This document shows, piece by piece, positions 58,919 through 62,573 of a stretch of 62,573 bases of DNA. The translations under genes were made by a program, and so were the position numbers. The DNA is from a virus (taxonomy: Duplodnaviria; Caudoviricetes). The DNA lies in the IMG/VR virus record IMGVR_UViG_3300048576_000485, positions 1-62,573 of that record. One strand, given 5' to 3'. Within the stretch, counting starts at the first letter, position 1. Each line of letters opens with the position of its first letter. The notes beneath the pieces were generated by a model. The model worked only from the letters and a program-made list of their open reading frames with translations, was not told where the DNA came from and made no database searches.

Positions 58919-59293
58919 ATGTTAGTATTGTTACAAAAAAATGATATAATAACAGGGGCAGTTGTACTTCCTGATTATTGGTTAAGGATTATTGAGGCAT
59001 TCGATGGAACGAATGAAACCGATTTAGTTATTAATGGAGAAGTGCATTTACAGGAAGGGAAGTTATATTTTAACGATGTTCAAATGGATTGTACCGCAGC
59101 AGAACTTAACACACTACACAACAGGACGCCCGGAACAGTTGAAGCCTTAAAGCCGATAATTCCAGATTTAAGTAAAAAAATCGACGAATTATATATAGCT
59201 AATTTAACGGTTGATAGTTTGACCAATAATAGCGGGCAGGGGGCGGCGGCTTTAGCAGGGGGTACTATTTATTCGTATTTGAATTTTAAATAA
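58919..59293 (+). CDS. short tail-fibre-like protein
   Basis: TAAELN.L...TPGT..A.K motif. Confidence 0.5.
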   Translation: MLVLLQKNDIITGAVVLPDYWLRIIEAFDGTNETDLVINGEVHLQEGKLYFNDVQMDCTAAELNTLHNRTPGTVEALKPIIPDLSKKIDELYIANLTVDSLTNNSGQGAAALAGGTIYSYLNFK

Positions 59294-59320
59294 TTAATTA
59301 ATAATAGGGAATAATAACAA

Positions 59321-59734
59321 ATGATTAATATAAATCCTGTCTTCGTTAAGACCCCTGCAATATTTTGGGGCAAGTTAACAACAGCCAATACCGCCAAAGA
59401 CGGAACAGGCACGGTTGTTTGTATTTTTACAGCAGGAGTAGACGGTTCAAGAGTTGATAAAATTGTTTTCCAACCGTTAGGAACAAATGTAGCTACAGTC
59501 GCAAGAATATTTATTAATAATGGTACAGATAATACAGTAGCAACGAATAATACTTACATAGGGGATATAGCATTAGCAAGCTCTTCATTAAGTGAATCAC
59601 TTGAAATGCCGAAGACAGAATATCAATTCCCTGATGGTTTATTTTTGCCAGCAGGATACAAAGTTAATGTTGCAATCGGGACAACCGTTGCCGCAGGGAT
59701 ACAAGCTATAGCGTTTGGCGGTCATTTAAGCTAA
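59321..59734 (+). CDS. tail-associated structural protein
   Basis: P.F..TP, TANT..DGTGT, TAG.DGSR, VARIFINNG, LPAGY. Confidence 0.6.
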   Translation: MININPVFVKTPAIFWGKLTTANTAKDGTGTVVCIFTAGVDGSRVDKIVFQPLGTNVATVARIFINNGTDNTVATNNTYIGDIALASSSLSESLEMPKTEYQFPDGLFLPAGYKVNVAIGTTVAAGIQAIAFGGHLS

Positions 59735-59744
59735 AGAGGTAAAT

Positions 59745-61175
59745 ATGAATGGATTTATCACAAATGTAAAAAAAGAAATCCCTATAGAAGGGGGAATAAG
59801 ACTTTTAGCAGATTCAAGGTTAAAAACCGGGGATACGGCATATAGAGTAAATGGGAAAATTCGCAAGCTCTGCAACCCAATTATAGGAGTTGGAAGTGTT
59901 GCGAAGAATACTGGCACATATAATGGCGCCAATGCACAGATATTATTTCCTTCTAATAGTGCAATAAAAAATTCATTATGGATGTTACCTTTTAATAATA
60001 ACAGTACAACATTATTTACTGTTTCTGGGGAAACGCTTTCGGTTAATTTACCCGGGCAGGTCACCGGAATGGATTCAAATTGTAACACAATATCATTTTG
60101 TGCCCCAATTGGCGCAAATAAAGTTTTGTTACGTTATTACAATTCCACTCTTTCAAATTATTATACTGTAATTTTTGATAAAACTACACCGGGAACCGTA
60201 ACAACTCTTACGGATATAGATTCATTTTCCGTCAATGGAGAAGGTTTTGTAGGTTTATCCGATACCTGTTTTGCGGTTTTTCAACCAACCAACAGAGGAG
60301 TCATTGTATATAATAACAATAGCCCCGGAAGCAACTATGCAATAACTTCTTTGACAAATTCTTCAGATGTAGGGGCTATATTTTTCGTAAATACAAGTAC
60401 GATTGGTTTTGTTGGACGAAATTCAACAGGGACTCCTTTCATTGTTATAGGGACAATTTCAGGTAATGCTATAACATGGGGGAGTGCATATACGATAATG
60501 GGAACTTTTGTTGACACAGTTTTTTTTAAAGGTACTTATTTATTTGATAATTGCATTATAATAAGTTTCGTTGATCGTATTACAGGATCTAATCATAAAT
60601 TTTATACCCTAAAAATCTCAATCTCCGGCACAAACCTAACTATGGACAGCGTGGTTTTAGCCTCTCAAGTTTCCAATGGAGCCTATTATAAAACGCATGT
60701 CGTGCCTTTGATAGAATCGGAAGGTATTATGGCGATATTATTTAAGAATGGATCTGGAACATTTGGGACAAATCTTCAGGATGTTATGAACATTGATTAT
60801 AGTTTTAATAATTTTTTGTCCGATGAATCAATATCTTCATATGTGTCTAAAGGAATGGGGGCTTTAGGGGCAAAAAATAATTTCCTATTGCATGGACAAG
60901 ATAATGACGGATATGGCAGCGTTCATTTATTCAAAGGAGGCGAAATATTAAGCTATACCAATGACAGCACTAGTTATGAAGGTATTGCTCAAAATGATGC
61001 TTTCCCAGGCCAGCCGGTAGTTTTGAAGAAGAGTGGTTTTTATTCTTACGGACATAAAGGCTTAATACCGGGGACAACCTATTATGTGAATACACTAAAT
61101 GGAAGTTTAACTACAACGCCCACAGATATAACGGCAGGGGTAGCGATAACAGACAAAATTCTAAAAGTAAATTAG
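59745..61175 (+). CDS. receptor-binding/tail fibre protein
   Basis: S/T/N/G-rich; GTISGNAITWG; GIAQ...GLIPGTTYY..G.L..AGVAI. Confidence 0.65.
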   Translation: MNGFITNVKKEIPIEGGIRLLADSRLKTGDTAYRVNGKIRKLCNPIIGVGSVAKNTGTYNGANAQILFPSNSAIKNSLWMLPFNNNSTTLFTVSGETLSVNLPGQVTGMDSNCNTISFCAPIGANKVLLRYYNSTLSNYYTVIFDKTTPGTVTTLTDIDSFSVNGEGFVGLSDTCFAVFQPTNRGVIVYNNNSPGSNYAITSLTNSSDVGAIFFVNTSTIGFVGRNSTGTPFIVIGTISGNAITWGSAYTIMGTFVDTVFFKGTYLFDNCIIISFVDRITGSNHKFYTLKISISGTNLTMDSVVLASQVSNGAYYKTHVVPLIESEGIMAILFKNGSGTFGTNLQDVMNIDYSFNNFLSDESISSYVSKGMGALGAKNNFLLHGQDNDGYGSVHLFKGGEILSYTNDSTSYEGIAQNDAFPGQPVVLKKSGFYSYGHKGLIPGTTYYVNTLNGSLTTTPTDITAGVAITDKILKVN

Positions 61176-61183
61176 AGGACAAA

Positions 61184-62017
61184 ATGAATATTTTAGTAAG
61201 TAAAGCAGACAAGATAGTTTTTTATGCAACAAATAAGCTCATTGAGCTTGATGCAAATGAAGCAAGAGTATTTTCCGGCAATGTTAAAGAAACAGTTATG
61301 CCCGGGATAAATACCTCAAATACAGAGCTTTTCCAAAATTTGACAACGGTTCCTACAAATGTAGAATTTCGGTTCAAATATGAAAACGATGAGTTCATAA
61401 AAAACGATCAGTACTTCCCAAATGCAACAGAGGAATTGAGACAACTTTCAGAAATGACAATTTTGGAACTTCCAAAAACGTCAACACCTGAATATATTGA
61501 AGAGAAAGTAAACAAAATTGTAGAATTTTGGATAGGGATGATTCAATCCGGACAAATGATTACACAGATACCCGATTCAATTAAAGCTGGTTTATTCCTT
61601 TTGGGTTTTCCTGGACTAACAGGTCAAGAAGCAGCAGATCAGAAAGCCGCCCAAGATTGGGTTAATAAGATTAGGGCCAGAGTGAGGATAGATGCAGAAG
61701 TCGGAGATGTTTTCGACCAAGTTGCCAATGTTGATAAACAAGTGCAGTTAATAACACCGGTAATTTTAAGAACCTATCAGTTGTTAATTAATCTATTTGG
61801 GCAGGTGGCAAAAACAATTCCGATTGAACTTCTTCCGGCTGATCTAAAATTGCAATATGATAATTTTTCGAGTAATTACTTACAGGAAGTTGGAACAGGT
61901 GCTTATAAAGACAGGATAGATATTGACCCGAATCCAGAATCAATAATTAATCGTGTCCTTTTAAATAATATCAAAACCGGCGCTATTGTGAAAGAAGAAT
62001 ATTTAGATAAAAAATAA
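61184..62017 (+). CDS. tail-fibre-associated protein
   Basis: follows fibre gene; R.RI..EVGD..DQ.A. Confidence 0.5.
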   Translation: MNILVSKADKIVFYATNKLIELDANEARVFSGNVKETVMPGINTSNTELFQNLTTVPTNVEFRFKYENDEFIKNDQYFPNATEELRQLSEMTILELPKTSTPEYIEEKVNKIVEFWIGMIQSGQMITQIPDSIKAGLFLLGFPGLTGQEAADQKAAQDWVNKIRARVRIDAEVGDVFDQVANVDKQVQLITPVILRTYQLLINLFGQVAKTIPIELLPADLKLQYDNFSSNYLQEVGTGAYKDRIDIDPNPESIINRVLLNNIKTGAIVKEEYLDKK

Positions 62018-62027
62018 AGAGGCAGAA

Positions 62028-62573
62028 ATGGTTGGAGATATATTATTATCGAGCTGCAATGATGGCAATTTTTTATCAAAAGCTATTAAATTTTTCACAA
62101 CTAGCGAATATACCCATACGGCCCCGAGTATGGGAGATTTAGGGTTAGACTCCGAAAGTTTTTTGAGTGCGGAGCCGATGATTTGTGTTTTGCCAAAAAC
62201 AAATTGGGATAAACCGACATATAAATACAAAATTTTTCGTTTCAAAAATGTTCCTGAAGACTTTATGAGGCAAATAGTTTTACAATTATATAAAGAGTAT
62301 GCGGGTACAGTTTACGGCTGGCGCTCGTTATTTTGGTTTATTTATCGTTGGTTAATGGAAAAGTTTGGACGGGATGTTAGAAAGCAGAAGAATTGGTTTA
62401 CCGTTAATGGTTTTTGTAGTGAGTTAACATACAGGTTGATGTTGCCGGTTGCCGAACAGTATTATCCTTCGCTTTTTTTAACTCTTTTAGAGTGGAATGC
62501 TGAAACATTCTCTCCAAAAGATACAGAAATTGTAATAAGTCTTTTTCCCAACTATTTTGAAGAAATAAAATAG
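62028..62573 (+). CDS. permuted papain-like (YiiX/YebB, NlpC/P60) enzyme
   Basis: GDILL, S.AI..FT.S.YTH, G..Y, FCSEL, SP (His before Cys). Confidence 0.75.
   Translation: MVGDILLSSCNDGNFLSKAIKFFTTSEYTHTAPSMGDLGLDSESFLSAEPMICVLPKTNWDKPTYKYKIFRFKNVPEDFMRQIVLQLYKEYAGTVYGWRSLFWFIYRWLMEKFGRDVRKQKNWFTVNGFCSELTYRLMLPVAEQYYPSLFLTLLEWNAETFSPKDTEIVISLFPNYFEEIK

Noticed and set aside
11591-62573. Many minus-strand and out-of-frame ORFs in the track
   Set aside because: They overlap well-supported + strand genes and have the S/F/L-rich composition of antisense frames.
1-62573. Stop-codon reassignment, introns or inteins
   Set aside because: TAA, TAG and TGA all end tightly packed genes, core genes look uninterrupted, and no intein or homing-endonuclease motifs were recognised.

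Overview
A 62.6-kb, AT-rich fragment of a large contractile-tailed (myovirus) phage with every credible gene on the + strand. Positions 1-11.5 kb hold small early/accessory genes (YopX, XRE HTHs, pentapeptide repeat, RuvC-like, DUF5131, a methyltransferase relic). Positions 11.6-62.6 kb hold an SPO1/Herelleviridae-like virion module: portal, MuF, protease/scaffold, major capsid, neck, sheath, tube, frameshifted chaperone, tape measure, baseplate and fibres. No terminase, integrase or replication gene was recognised. The main candidate system is a set of probable capsid-loaded cargo proteins: a 3003-aa DarB-like polyvalent protein, a 1087-aa DdrB/ParB-like protein, and 376-aa and 109-aa proteins. 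Three of them share an ~11-aa FGK tag and QL[D/N]LF clamp-type motifs. The two large ones carry xxK|S sites like those of the capsid and scaffold, at domain borders in the 3003-aa protein. This suggests a tagged, protease-processed effector polyprotein. Also notable are a fibre/chaperone-like pair with Sec signal peptides followed by Gln (hinting at an FCB-group host), four identical 18-bp putative late-promoter boxes, and an acr-aca-like cassette. All family calls come from motif recognition by eye; no searches were run.
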